This document shows, piece by piece, positions 9,894 to 19,692 of a stretch of DNA of 44,740 bases. This stretch comes from a virus. Lineage: Duplodnaviria; Caudoviricetes. Location of the stretch: positions 1 to 44,740 of IMG/VR virus record IMGVR_UViG_3300011438_000008, one strand, 5' to 3'. The notes beneath the pieces were generated by a model. It had not been told where the DNA came from. It did no database searches and saw nothing but the letters and a program-made list of their open reading frames with translations. Position numbers and translations under genes: made by a program. The first letter of the stretch is position 1; each line of letters starts with the position of its first letter.

Positions 9894-10504
9894 TTGGCTA
9901 TCAGAATGTTTTCGGCCGATTCATAAATTATGCGTTCGATTCCAAATTTGGAAGTATAATACAAATATTCTTTTACCCTTTCTTTACTACCATTGTGTTC
10001 TATACAAATCAGTTCTGTCGACGACAAATCTATATCTGGGAGGACTTTTATTTCATGTGATTCTATATCAATGCTCACGAAAGTAAACTCTTTTATTCTC
10101 AACCTATTTAAGAACGTTTTCCATTTAAAAGTTTTGACCTCCACAGGCGCATAGCTAACTGTGCGTTTGAACCTTGCCATTTCGTGATCATGAAAAGTGG
10201 AAACCAGACCAACATCATCGGCGGAACACAGCGCACCGGATTCTTGCAATACTCCTTTGCCGTTGTGGTCAGAAATTGCGAAAGGATAGGTATAAATGCC
10301 TTTGTGTCCATCGTATAGATTTTTAAGTCTTTCGTATGCTTTTGGGGAAGGTTCGACTAATACACCACGCCAGCCTTTTAATATTAAAGCCCTGACGTTA
10401 GAGAATGTAACCCCGTCGTTTTCACCCAACGATAATAGAGTTCCAACTTTATCGCCGAAGTATTCAAGTATATATTGCTCTTCCAAATTTTGGCTAAATG
10501 GCAT
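9890..10504 (-). CDS. FkbM-family SAM methyltransferase
   Basis: SQNLEE, LGENDG..SN, GWRGVLVEP, SIDIE. Confidence 0.8.
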   Translation of the reverse strand: MPFSQNLEEQYILEYFGDKVGTLLSLGENDGVTFSNVRALILKGWRGVLVEPSPKAYERLKNLYDGHKGIYTYPFAISDHNGKGVLQESGALCSADDVGLVSTFHDHEMARFKRTVSYAPVEVKTFKWKTFLNRLRIKEFTFVSIDIESHEIKVLPDIDLSSTELICIEHNGSKERVKEYLYYTSKFGIERIIYESAENILIAK

Positions 10505-11123
10505 CTTGTAAATGTTTAGTTATGTTATCACTTTCGCTTGTTAGTTTACTATGTTGATAGCTATGAATTACCGCGTCTGTGTGGGCTTCTGTCTCGCAAT
10601 GTGTTAAGACTTGCTCAAACCATTTCCAGTCCTCCCCATAGTTAATATCATCGAACTCGTGTAGCTTGGCGTACTTACTTCTTACCGGACACACATGCCA
10701 ACAGTTACGCTTGACTATTCCGTTCGGATTTGCTTCATCATTTGGATAGCCTAGCCTCATATCTATTATTGTCCAATAGTTATCCAGTTTGGCCAAACTT
10801 CTGAAAGTGCAAACGTCTTTATTTTCATTACACATCCTAACTAAAGTTTCAATGTAGTTCGGCGCTATTTGTTCATCATCATCCAGGAAACACAAATAAT
10901 TTCCATTGGCCTTAGTGACTAACTTTTCACGCTTCTTCCCTATTGAAAGCCCACCGTCTAAAAATCTTTCTGATCCGTCTATTATTATTTCAATATCTCC
11001 TAGTGAAGAATGAAAAGTTTGCATGTATAACTTTTGCTTATACAACTCACTGGCCAGCTTTGAAAGAATGCCGTAACGCTTAGGTATACTTGGGATGAGT
11101 ATAGATAATATTATTTCGTTCAT
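10494..11123 (-). CDS. Glycosyltransferase family 2
   Basis: Start 11123 (ATGA overlap); LSILIPS, SIGKKRE, FLDDD, YGED. Confidence 0.8.
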   Translation of the reverse strand: MNEIILSILIPSIPKRYGILSKLASELYKQKLYMQTFHSSLGDIEIIIDGSERFLDGGLSIGKKREKLVTKANGNYLCFLDDDEQIAPNYIETLVRMCNENKDVCTFRSLAKLDNYWTIIDMRLGYPNDEANPNGIVKRNCWHVCPVRSKYAKLHEFDDINYGEDWKWFEQVLTHCETEAHTDAVIHSYQHSKLTSESDNITKHLQDAI

Positions 11124-11794
11124 GTTCTGCCTTTGTGTTTTCTTTCCCAGTAAGCGACACATGATTCACCAGACCACATAAGTTTAACTAATGGAACAGA
11201 CATGCCAAAGTATTCTAGTACAGCGGCCCTACATCCAGGTAACGCATAATCATCAATAATAACAATCCCCCCTTTAATAACTTTTGGGTATAAATGTTCT
11301 AATGCCACATATGTAGAATAATATAAGTCCCCATCAAGTCTAAGTAGGGCAATTGGGCCGATGTTTTTTGCTTCTTCTGGTATAGTTTCCTCAAACCATC
11401 CCTTCACAGCATAAATATTTTTATAGTCTAACCCCGACATTATGATATGATTTATAAAATCTTCCATCGGGACAACAGTTGCCCCGGATGTTTCTAACAC
11501 TTGTTTGCCCGGATCTGGTAATGCTTTACGTTCTGTCTCAGACAGGAACGCAATACCTGGCATCTGATCATCCATATTGCTCGGCAATGGGATACCTTCA
11601 AATGAGTCGAAAGCGTATATTGTCTTATCAGGTGCGCCGTATTTCATCGCAATAATCTGAGCGCCAGCGGCCACGCCAGCTTCTACATACACGCCTGGGC
11701 TGTCCTTATATTTAACTGCCATGTCATACGAGAATTGAAGAACCTCGCGATTTGAATAACATATTTTGGCAGCGTAATCTAAAGGGGTTTGCAT
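11120..11794 (-). CDS. TylF/MycF-family sugar O-methyltransferase
   Basis: [35 protein letters not shown]. Confidence 0.85.
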   Translation of the reverse strand: MQTPLDYAAKICYSNREVLQFSYDMAVKYKDSPGVYVEAGVAAGAQIIAMKYGAPDKTIYAFDSFEGIPLPSNMDDQMPGIAFLSETERKALPDPGKQVLETSGATVVPMEDFINHIIMSGLDYKNIYAVKGWFEETIPEEAKNIGPIALLRLDGDLYYSTYVALEHLYPKVIKGGIVIIDDYALPGCRAAVLEYFGMSVPLVKLMWSGESCVAYWERKHKGRT

Positions 11795-12207
11795 ACTCTT
11801 TTAGTAAATGGTTTTGGATATAGTCCTAGTTTCCTAGCGTGTCGATTGTTTTCAAGATTAGTGCACCATTCCAAGTTATCTACACGATTATCAGTCTTAA
11901 TCCCGTTTTTATGGTTGATTTGAGGCAGGTTGGATGGGTTGGGTATAAATGCTTCAGCAACTAGTCGATGTAATACACATGTCATACCGAAGGATCTATC
12001 AGTAGATCTCATATCAATTCTTAGATATCCCCTCTGATTAGTTGACGGTTTAATAATCTTTTCCTTTCTGGTTACATTATAAAACCTATTATGACCAGGA
12101 TCAAACACAACCAAATCTCTAGTGATTGATTTTATCCGGCCTAAATTTGACACTGAATATTTAGGTTGGCTTGGTACTATCTTCCAAATTTCTTCTTGAT
12201 CTTTCAT
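11779..12207 (-). CDS. NUMOD4-HNH homing endonuclease
   Basis: [15 protein letters not shown]; [26 protein letters not shown]. Confidence 0.9.
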   Translation of the reverse strand: MKDQEEIWKIVPSQPKYSVSNLGRIKSITRDLVVFDPGHNRFYNVTRKEKIIKPSTNQRGYLRIDMRSTDRSFGMTCVLHRLVAEAFIPNPSNLPQINHKNGIKTDNRVDNLEWCTNLENNRHARKLGLYPKPFTKRVCKPL

Positions 12208-12776
12208 CGTCTTCTGCGTTGTACTGATTCCGCGTGTTCAAAACAATAGTGATATAGCTGCATGGGTATATGAATTTCATTCTTCAGCACCCCGCTATCA
12301 TGTATCTTTTTACTCCAAATAAAATCTTCCTGTATCCATACATCTGGAAATTTAAACCTATTTACTAACGATCTTTTAAACACTGAGAGATGGTTGGGCC
12401 ATCTGTAATAATGACCGTTTCTTTCTTCGTACCTCTCCCCTAGTTTTATAGTCCAGTCTGTTTTGCGCTCCCCGTTGGTAGTCATCCACCCTTGAAAGGT
12501 CACAACGTCTGGACCATGAGCTATAGCTTTTAGGATCTCATCGACGTAATAACTTGAAACCTGATCATCATCATCGCAGAAACAGAAGTAATCCGATTGA
12601 GTTTGCTCTATAAGCCAATTTCTTTTTGTTCCTGTTGGTGTCTGTCGTCCTGAGTCGTTTATTGCAATGTAAACTTGATCCTTATGCCTGTCCACTTGTG
12701 GCTCTAAAATGTTCTTCAGCTGTTTGAGTTTGTCGAAACGTTCTGGAAGTGTGCATATGAGAATGGCTAAATTCAT
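12204..12776 (-). CDS. Glycosyltransferase family 2
   Basis: LAILICT, GTKRN, FCDDDD, QED; paralogous to 10494-11123. Confidence 0.8.
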   Translation of the reverse strand: MNLAILICTLPERFDKLKQLKNILEPQVDRHKDQVYIAINDSGRQTPTGTKRNWLIEQTQSDYFCFCDDDDQVSSYYVDEILKAIAHGPDVVTFQGWMTTNGERKTDWTIKLGERYEERNGHYYRWPNHLSVFKRSLVNRFKFPDVWIQEDFIWSKKIHDSGVLKNEIHIPMQLYHYCFEHAESVQRRRR

Positions 12777-13144
12777 TCAAAGTAGGTCTTAACAATTTTA
12801 GTAATAACAGTTGAGGAGAATAGGTCCAACTGAATTACAAAAGGATCAATTTGCCTAGCTGGCACTTCGCCAACAATTTGCCTGAAAACATCTGTAGGTT
12901 CATGACTAAACTCGAAATTGTAACTTGATCCATCTCTCCATACAAACAATTCAAAATCAGCTACTTTTTTATAATATCTTTCATGTGGAACCATCGAGTA
13001 GTACGAAAATAGATTATCAAATCCTAGACTCATGAATAGCTTAAAAAATAACTCGTTTCCCATTAATGTTTTTTCAAAACCATATATTCCAATCATTGTT
13101 TTTGCATAATCAAGCTTTGTCAACCATAGTTTATAGTTTTTCAT
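12773..13144 (-). CDS. Hypothetical protein (AT-rich insert)
   Basis: ATGA-coupled at both ends; no recognisable motif. Confidence 0.6.
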   Translation of the reverse strand: MKNYKLWLTKLDYAKTMIGIYGFEKTLMGNELFFKLFMSLGFDNLFSYYSMVPHERYYKKVADFELFVWRDGSSYNFEFSHEPTDVFRQIVGEVPARQIDPFVIQLDLFSSTVITKIVKTYFE

Positions 13145-13851
13145 CGTACTTTCCTTTTAAGCCAGTTAATCATATCGTTATCTTCAATTTTGTTCCCTGG
13201 TGGCAAGTCAAAGTTTCTTTTATACCGTTCTAAAAATAGTTTCTCCCCTTGATCCCACGTAGCGTCTGCTTTCTTGTTGATAGCGTCCGGTTGTTCTTTG
13301 GTGACTGAGTAATGTTTGTGATAGAAAAGCAAGTCTGATTTTATCTTTCGTCCTGTAATGTCGGCTACGCATGTAAGTTCAGTATCACAAAACATATGTA
13401 GGTATTCAGGATGGTAGATGTAGCCGAAACGATTATAGTAAGCTCGGTCCATGATAGGCATCGTGATTATCCATGGTTGAATACCGTCTTGAGTTTTTAG
13501 AATAAAGTCTTTTTTATCTTTTGTGGCTGATAATATTCTACTCCCCCAATCTATACAAGATTCCGTGTCGTCACTTACTACTATGAAAATATCCCCTTTT
13601 GCTACTTTAGCCGCGTTATTAATTGCATCTACCGCAGATCTGTTGTTATTACTAATGATGAACTTTGGTTTTGGCCCATTTAGGTCTAGCATCCATTCTC
13701 TAGAATAATGTATTATGTATTCTTTTTCCTGGTCTTTATCCACACTAACTATCACCTCATAGTCATAAACTCCAATATCATCAATCCATTCTTTAATAGT
13801 TTGAACTGACTTCTTTGCCCGCCCTCGGCTTGGATGGATTAAACTAATCAT
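13141..13851 (-). CDS. Glycosyltransferase family 2-like
   Basis: HPSRGR, IVSVD, VVSDD, YHPEY..FCD. Confidence 0.75.
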   Translation of the reverse strand: MISLIHPSRGRAKKSVQTIKEWIDDIGVYDYEVIVSVDKDQEKEYIIHYSREWMLDLNGPKPKFIISNNNRSAVDAINNAAKVAKGDIFIVVSDDTESCIDWGSRILSATKDKKDFILKTQDGIQPWIITMPIMDRAYYNRFGYIYHPEYLHMFCDTELTCVADITGRKIKSDLLFYHKHYSVTKEQPDAINKKADATWDQGEKLFLERYKRNFDLPPGNKIEDNDMINWLKRKVR

Positions 13852-14495
13852 GCTAGTGGCAAATAAGTTATTCTAACCCCTTTCATTTCATAATATAGTG
13901 ATGGAGACCTTTCCAGAACAAACGGACACAGCGGATAATCTGACATCCCCAACTTACTCTGAACACTTTTCAAATCAGCGTCTTTCGACAATCTCCCGTA
14001 ACCCGATGGCCGACACATGATCTCGTTTAGTTCTTCATCCTTTGTAATTAACTCCATCGCTGGGATCAGAAAGTTTGAAACGTAGTCTTTGTAAATATCC
14101 GTTCTAGCAGCGTAGTGGTTCATGTAGATAGGGTGCCTCGCTTCGCCAGGTCTTTTATAGCCTAGTTTGTTCCACAGCATATCCAGTGCGGTGATAGCAT
14201 CCTTGTGCCATTCTCGGAGCATGGCTATCATAGTGTGTTTCTTGCTTACTATCCTGAACCCCATCACTTCGTAGTTAGATTCTAACGCCACCTTAGTCAC
14301 CGGAAATATGTTACGGCTCTTTTGGTGAAGTCTCCACGAACAAACTGCGATCTTATCGGCTGTGCTTTCCATGACTAGCTTAGAAATAGGAACATTTTCA
14401 AAGAAGATGGTAAGACCTTCGTTATAGTAAGGCTTGGCGAATGGGTACAAGTGTTTGAGTTGTTCATCCTTATAGTAGATCTGGAAAAAGTCCAT
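13848..14495 (-). CDS. Putative glycosyltransferase-like protein
   Basis: Likely start 14495 (TGATG overlap); FQIYY, FFEN, CSWR, PFVLER pattern. Confidence 0.5.
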   Translation of the reverse strand: MDFFQIYYKDEQLKHLYPFAKPYYNEGLTIFFENVPISKLVMESTADKIAVCSWRLHQKSRNIFPVTKVALESNYEVMGFRIVSKKHTMIAMLREWHKDAITALDMLWNKLGYKRPGEARHPIYMNHYAARTDIYKDYVSNFLIPAMELITKDEELNEIMCRPSGYGRLSKDADLKSVQSKLGMSDYPLCPFVLERSPSLYYEMKGVRITYLPLA

Positions 14496-14689
14496 CACGA
14501 ACGAAGCCAATTTCTTACTTTACTGAAACAAGAACCACACAAAGAAAACTGCACTTTATTATTCGGGACAGCGGCGTTGTGAAGATCAAAAGCCCTGCGC
14601 CAGAGTTCGTGCTTAGAGTTTGAATCAAACATCCCCAGGCGTTTTAATTCGGCCACAACTTGGGATTTGTCTAAGGTACTTACGTCCAT
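14495..14689 (-). CDS. Small CxxC protein
   Basis: LCGSCFSKV; upstream TTTG..TACATTTA promoter-like sequence. Confidence 0.6.
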   Translation of the reverse strand: MDVSTLDKSQVVAELKRLGMFDSNSKHELWRRAFDLHNAAVPNNKVQFSLCGSCFSKVRNWLRS

Positions 14690-14719
14690 GACTTAAATGT
14701 AATTTAAATACCGCAAATT

Positions 14720-14751
14720 AAAAAGCCCCACTTTTTAGGGTGAGGCTCTTT
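14720..14751 (-). terminator. Intrinsic terminator after capsid/tail operon
   Basis: Minus strand AGCCTCAC-loop-GTGGGGCT-TTTT. Confidence 0.75.
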
Positions 14752-14768
14752 ATTTAGTTTAGGTTGTT

Positions 14769-15326
14769 TTAGAATTGCAGTGTCGTCACATAAGCCAACG
14801 TAGTGGCGTAGTCCGTCTTCAGAAGTATCCTGAACGGCAGCGCCTCCTGGCCTGTCAGTGTTATTTGTGTGCTTGTGTCCTCCCCTTGTGCGCGTCCTGT
14901 TGGCTCCACTGTACCCTCGGTAGCGGAGAGACCATTAGTTGCGCCGTAGATTCTGAACTCGTTGTTGTTTGTCAACACAATAGCGCCGACGGTAGCAACC
15001 ATAAGATCAGAAAGGGTGGCCAATTCAGTGGGTGTGTTCGCATTCAGCCTCAAAATTACAGACTGAAGGTAAGACACCGCCCCGGATTCGGTTTGTACGT
15101 TAATCGTAGACAGAGCAGAGTGTGAAAACTTGCCGGCGTCGAACAGATATAGTCCGTCATAGCCAGTAAACTCTAGTCCTGTCACATATCCGGTGCCATT
15201 GGGGTCGATTGGTGAGTTAAGGAGGTCTACGTTAAAGAGCCAAACCTTTTTGACCCCAGAAACCCGCTTTTTACTGAGACAATCGAAATCAATGCCGGAA
15301 CCTATGCCGCAAAGTACTATTCCCAT
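14769..15326 (-). CDS. Probable major tail (tube) protein
   Basis: Directly after MCP; C..SGVKKVWL, GATNGL, TGRAQGE, ITLTGQE. Confidence 0.6.
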   Translation of the reverse strand: MGIVLCGIGSGIDFDCLSKKRVSGVKKVWLFNVDLLNSPIDPNGTGYVTGLEFTGYDGLYLFDAGKFSHSALSTINVQTESGAVSYLQSVILRLNANTPTELATLSDLMVATVGAIVLTNNNEFRIYGATNGLSATEGTVEPTGRAQGEDTSTQITLTGQEALPFRILLKTDYATTLAYVTTLQF

Positions 15327-15328
15327 AG

Positions 15329-16381
15329 TTATTTAGCCCAAGCTATTAAATCACACTGTACGAAATTATAACCGAACCGCATCCGTCCCTTGAAAAGGTT
15401 GGAGTTGGTGCGGCAATCGAAACAAGAAGTCAAATTATTCAGGTCTGAAGCTCTTTCTACACCCATGTAATGGTTAGATTTTGCTGTCAGGACCGCGAAG
15501 TGACGTATTTCATCGTAGAAAGGGTTACCAGTCTCAGAAGAAAGCGACAAATCTGCGAAAGGAAGCGGGAAAAGCTCAATTCCACGATAGAAAAGTTTGT
15601 TCACACCGTCTTGGCCCATCTTCCAGCTACCCTCAACACAACAATTAGTCAAAAGTGACTGGAAATAGTTGTCCCAAACTGACTGAGTGACCCAAAAAGC
15701 CTTCTGATTGTCAGGTAGAGCCCGTAAAATCAGTGAACTTTGCTCCCAAATCTGTCTCAACACGTCGCGCGCGTTGTCAGCGGCCAAAATTGAGTTATGT
15801 TGGTTGGGAAATGTCGCGTTATTGATGGGTTGCACACAATAAGAGGCTTCATTGTCCAAAAACTTCGTGAAAACCCCGTCAATGACAGAATATATTGAAG
15901 TTGAGCCCGCGCCGAGTGAATTGTCACCGAAAAACATGACTTTCATCACATCTACCTTCATTTGCTCGACAATTTGCTCGAAAATCAGTGATTGAAGGTT
16001 ACTTTGGATCTCGTAGGCGTCCACACCCTGCCCAATGTACTTGTCGATGAGAACCGTACAAACGGCGGTAAATTCTTCCTCGCAAAACTCCATATTTACC
16101 CTAAAATCACCTGTTACAAGCTGTCTGTCAGTGATAGAACCGGCCTGCGTGTATACAGGATCGCAAGTACCTGACGCCTTAGACAAAGCAGAGGTCAGCG
16201 GCTGAATGTAATGCAAGTACTCCCCACATCGTACCCCTTGTATGATGGTGAAAAGATCTTGAGGAGCCGGAACCCCCACACGGAGCGGCTTAATAAGCTC
16301 GGTATTTAGTTTACCGGGATATGTATACGATATGTTAGGCGTATACATTGATGCTACTGGTTTAAATCTTGTCGCGTCCAT
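15329..16381 (-). CDS. Major capsid protein
   Basis: 350 aa directly after protease/scaffold; FFGD..IDGVF, YRGIEL, FGYNF. Confidence 0.8.
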   Translation of the reverse strand: MDATRFKPVASMYTPNISYTYPGKLNTELIKPLRVGVPAPQDLFTIIQGVRCGEYLHYIQPLTSALSKASGTCDPVYTQAGSITDRQLVTGDFRVNMEFCEEEFTAVCTVLIDKYIGQGVDAYEIQSNLQSLIFEQIVEQMKVDVMKVMFFGDNSLGAGSTSIYSVIDGVFTKFLDNEASYCVQPINNATFPNQHNSILAADNARDVLRQIWEQSSLILRALPDNQKAFWVTQSVWDNYFQSLLTNCCVEGSWKMGQDGVNKLFYRGIELFPLPFADLSLSSETGNPFYDEIRHFAVLTAKSNHYMGVERASDLNNLTSCFDCRTNSNLFKGRMRFGYNFVQCDLIAWAK

Positions 16382-16384
16382 GTT

Positions 16385-17554
16385 TTAGTCTTTTTGAATT
16401 CTGTCGCCAAATTTTTGTTTGAACCACTCCTGCATAGGGTCGGCAACGTGTTGTTTACCGTCGTTGAATTGCTTCTTTTCGCCCAAATCAGGTAATGACT
16501 GGTCCCCGGCTGTGGTGTTCTTGATCTTCGTCAGCTCTTCGGTTAGAGCCTTGATATCAATGTTGATTTTGTTCTCCAAAGTTTTCACTTTGTTCTCAGT
16601 CTCTACCACCGCAGTATTACGGGCTTCAAGTGCTGATTCTAGTTCCTTTATTCTGGCCTGAGCCTTTTCGAGTTCTTCTTTTGCTTTCATGTCTTCTGGT
16701 TCTTCTGTTTGTTGTGCTTCTGCTGTTCTTACCTCAGCGATGGTGGAGTTTTCACCGACTACAAGGACTGATCCGTCTGAAAGTGGGTATTCCCCCGCTG
16801 CCAGTGGCTGTCCATCTTCTGTCGATACTTGCTTACCCACCCATTCACCGTCTTCGGACATAACCTGTAGCACCACATTGTCTTTTGTGGTTACAGTCAT
16901 GTTCACCGGCGCTTTTATTTCGTTCTTAGGTTTCCAAATTTTTTCGATCTGCTTACCTAGATTTTCTATGGCTTGGAGTATTGTATTTTGTTCCATATAT
17001 TTTAAAAATTTCATGTCTGCAAATGCCACCGCTCGCATAGACTCCATCACCTCATCAACAAAACCTAGTTGTTGTGCCTGGCTTGCTGTCATGGTCTTTT
17101 GTGCATTTAGCACCTCCCATAAAGCTTCTTCAGACAATCCCGTCCGTTTGCGGTAAACATTAATTAAAAGCGTCTTGATTTGGTCAAGCTGATCGGCGCC
17201 GGCGCGAAGTTCGTTTGCGTCCCCTGAGATGTTGTTAAACCTGGGATTATGTACCAGGTATTGGGACTGCTCGTTTATAAGCAATTTCCCAGGAGAAGCG
17301 GCTCCTGCAATAAGTGTAGCTATCGAAGCACATACACCATTGATTTGAACCGTAATGCTTTTGCCTGTATTTTTTAAGGCGTTGTACATTGCAAACCCCT
17401 GAAACACATCCCCACCAGGTGAGAAAATGTGTACCACGTAGTCGTCTGCGTTGGGGTCAAACTCCTTTTGAAAGTCCTGAAAAGAATAGTGTTTGTCTGC
17501 GGCTTTTGGTGGAGCCTCACCTATTATTCCGTAAATCCAAAGGGTGCAAGTCAC
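16385..17554 (-). CDS. ClpP-like prohead protease fused to scaffold
   Basis: IFSPGGDVFQG, CASIAT, LVHNP, AQQLGFVD; coiled-coil C-term. Confidence 0.85.
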   Translation of the reverse strand: MTCTLWIYGIIGEAPPKAADKHYSFQDFQKEFDPNADDYVVHIFSPGGDVFQGFAMYNALKNTGKSITVQINGVCASIATLIAGAASPGKLLINEQSQYLVHNPRFNNISGDANELRAGADQLDQIKTLLINVYRKRTGLSEEALWEVLNAQKTMTASQAQQLGFVDEVMESMRAVAFADMKFLKYMEQNTILQAIENLGKQIEKIWKPKNEIKAPVNMTVTTKDNVVLQVMSEDGEWVGKQVSTEDGQPLAAGEYPLSDGSVLVVGENSTIAEVRTAEAQQTEEPEDMKAKEELEKAQARIKELESALEARNTAVVETENKVKTLENKINIDIKALTEELTKIKNTTAGDQSLPDLGEKKQFNDGKQHVADPMQEWFKQKFGDRIQKD

Positions 17555-17589
17555 GGAAGCGAATTTCCGCGTTTAGAATGAAAATCTAT

Positions 17590-17608
17590 TGAAGTAAGTT
17601 GTTCAGTG
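17590..17608 (-). promoter_or_regulatory. Putative late-gene operator, copy 2
   Basis: TGAAG-TAAGTT-GTTCAGTG on + strand, matches 8196-8214. Confidence 0.45.
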
Positions 17609-17824
17609 ACCCCAGCGGCTTATAACCTCGTACACCCAACGTTCAGTAACGCGCATTTCATCTGCCGTTCTTTTTACCGCCTCACCATGTTCGCAGCTTT
17701 CTTTGTGGCGCTTAACGCAAGCTAAAATATCTTCCTGTTTGGACACTGAACAGGATATTACCCCGTTTCGGATCATGTCTATCCAAACAGAATTGTCTAT
17801 GTGATATTTGTCTTTTAAGCTCAT
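17603..17824 (-). CDS. HTH protein, candidate late-gene regulator
   Basis: AVKRTADEMRVTERWVYEVI helix-turn-helix. Confidence 0.6.
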   Translation of the reverse strand: MSLKDKYHIDNSVWIDMIRNGVISCSVSKQEDILACVKRHKESCEHGEAVKRTADEMRVTERWVYEVISRWGH

Positions 17825-19692
17825 CTTTTAGAAAGGTTTTCTTTGACTTTTACCCGTCTGTCTACACGTGCAATTTCTACAACTGATACCTCTGGATTAG
17901 GCATATTCTTTACAATGTTTGCCAGTGCTATTTGCTGGTTAATAGGTTGGCTTAAAGAGTCGGTGACTAATCCCCCATCGGCATAGCCTCTGAATGTAGG
18001 GCGCATAGCGTTGGCGCGTTCCGGACCACCAGCCATAGCTACGTCGCGCTGTGACCACACCACCTCGCCAGCGTGAACAATCCCGGCTGGTTTCATCTTC
18101 GGCCCCACCCCGGTATACCCACCATCGGCAAATTCTACATTATTGATACGCGCTACGTTTGCTAGTCCCGCGGCCACGGCAGCGGCAGCAGCCAGAACAC
18201 CAAAGAAGACGTTTATCTCAGCCCCTGATTTATAAGCAGCGTTAGCGGCTGCGTAGGTGTTTACTAAAGCTTGGGCAGAGGTAATAACTCTTTGTTCCTC
18301 CGAATCTTCACGCATTAACTGAGACAACCCGCCTATGAGATTCCCAATAATGCGAGTCTTAGCCATCTCCGTTTGGATCTCTATTTCAGCGTTCTTTGCG
18401 GCGTCACTATTCCGTTTCTTCCAATAGGCATCCGTATCTTTTGCACGTTGATCTAATTGTTCTTTCATTAAGGCGGTTAGATCAGTTTCGATCTTAGCCT
18501 CTGTCTGAAAAGCGTCCGCTAATGGATCTCCACGTTCACCTTTCTGTTCGCGCTCTAATTTGGCTATCCGGCCCTGACGTTCTAAATCTATATTCTTTTG
18601 AAGGGATTCGTTTTGCTTATTTAACGCTGTATTTCTTTTCTCCTGAATAGCTGCAAGTGCATTCTCTCTTTTGGCTTGATCATCTAACGATGCCCCCCTA
18701 GCGTTCTCTAATGCAATAACTTTCTCAGCTATTTTATTTTTTTCTTCATTTCCTAATGCGGAACTATCTAAAAGTCGTTGGACGTATTGATCAAAACTCT
18801 CTTCTGATGTTTGTTGAAATTCTTGTGCCGCTCTGGTTTGCCTCGCTGTTATAACCAAATCCCGACGGGCTAAATCCTCTTTCTGTTTAACTAAATCCTC
18901 TTGTAGTTCTATTGCTTTTCTAACTATGTCCTCTTGTTCGTCAAGTGTTTTATTTACGTTCTTAGATTCCTTGTCTAGTTTTTTAAGCTCATTTTCTGTA
19001 CGGGCTATTTGGATGTTTAACATCCTGGTATCGTCTTCTAATTTTCTGGAAGCATCTAAATATAATTGTTGTTGTTTTACGGCCTTCCCTATTTCATCGG
19101 CAAGACCTGAAAAAGCCTCGGCTGTGAGGTCAATTGCTTTATCAAAATCCCCTGAGACTAACGCTACTAACGCCTCACCTAGCTTACCTATCCTCGCAGT
19201 GACAACTTCAACAACTACACCCACAGCGTTAGTGACATTTTCAAACTTATCCATCAAGTCGTCATTCTCGGATAAGGCTGTTTTAAGTAAGGTAAATACC
19301 GCAACCAGTGCCGCAAGAATGGCCCCTATTGGTGTGGCTATGAAAGCTAAAGCAGATTTAGCCATAGCCATAAACCCAGAAGCCCCCTTATCGAGTCCGT
19401 CAGCTACCTTTCCTAAGGCTGGATGAACACCATCTAACGCACTTTTATAATTACCAATATTGATTTTCTGTTTCTCAAGGGCTGAGACGTTGGTTTTAAT
19501 CTTGTTGGTGTTCTGATCGAGTAATGCGTTAATTTCTGTAGCGCGTTTCTTCCCCGCTTCGCTCTGTAGATTCAAGGCGTTACGCTCTGCCCTTAGTTCT
19601 TTATTGGCTTTGGTGAGACTGTTTATAGATTCGACGGCCTCTGATTCGTCAACCTCAAACTCTAGTACGACCGTTTCCTTCTGATCTGCCAT
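17821..19692 (-). CDS. Tape measure protein
   Basis: Coiled coils, Ala-rich hydrophobic helices, C-term FADGGYTG..PAGIVHAGE. Confidence 0.8.
   Translation of the reverse strand: MADQKETVVLEFEVDESEAVESINSLTKANKELRAERNALNLQSEAGKKRATEINALLDQNTNKIKTNVSALEKQKINIGNYKSALDGVHPALGKVADGLDKGASGFMAMAKSALAFIATPIGAILAALVAVFTLLKTALSENDDLMDKFENVTNAVGVVVEVVTARIGKLGEALVALVSGDFDKAIDLTAEAFSGLADEIGKAVKQQQLYLDASRKLEDDTRMLNIQIARTENELKKLDKESKNVNKTLDEQEDIVRKAIELQEDLVKQKEDLARRDLVITARQTRAAQEFQQTSEESFDQYVQRLLDSSALGNEEKNKIAEKVIALENARGASLDDQAKRENALAAIQEKRNTALNKQNESLQKNIDLERQGRIAKLEREQKGERGDPLADAFQTEAKIETDLTALMKEQLDQRAKDTDAYWKKRNSDAAKNAEIEIQTEMAKTRIIGNLIGGLSQLMREDSEEQRVITSAQALVNTYAAANAAYKSGAEINVFFGVLAAAAAVAAGLANVARINNVEFADGGYTGVGPKMKPAGIVHAGEVVWSQRDVAMAGGPERANAMRPTFRGYADGGLVTDSLSQPINQQIALANIVKNMPNPEVSVVEIARVDRRVKVKENLSKR

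Noticed and set aside
8245-14510. DNA hypermodification cluster
   Set aside because: No hydroxymethylase, TET/JBP or nucleotide kinase recognised, and the location is among late genes; disfavoured rather than excluded.
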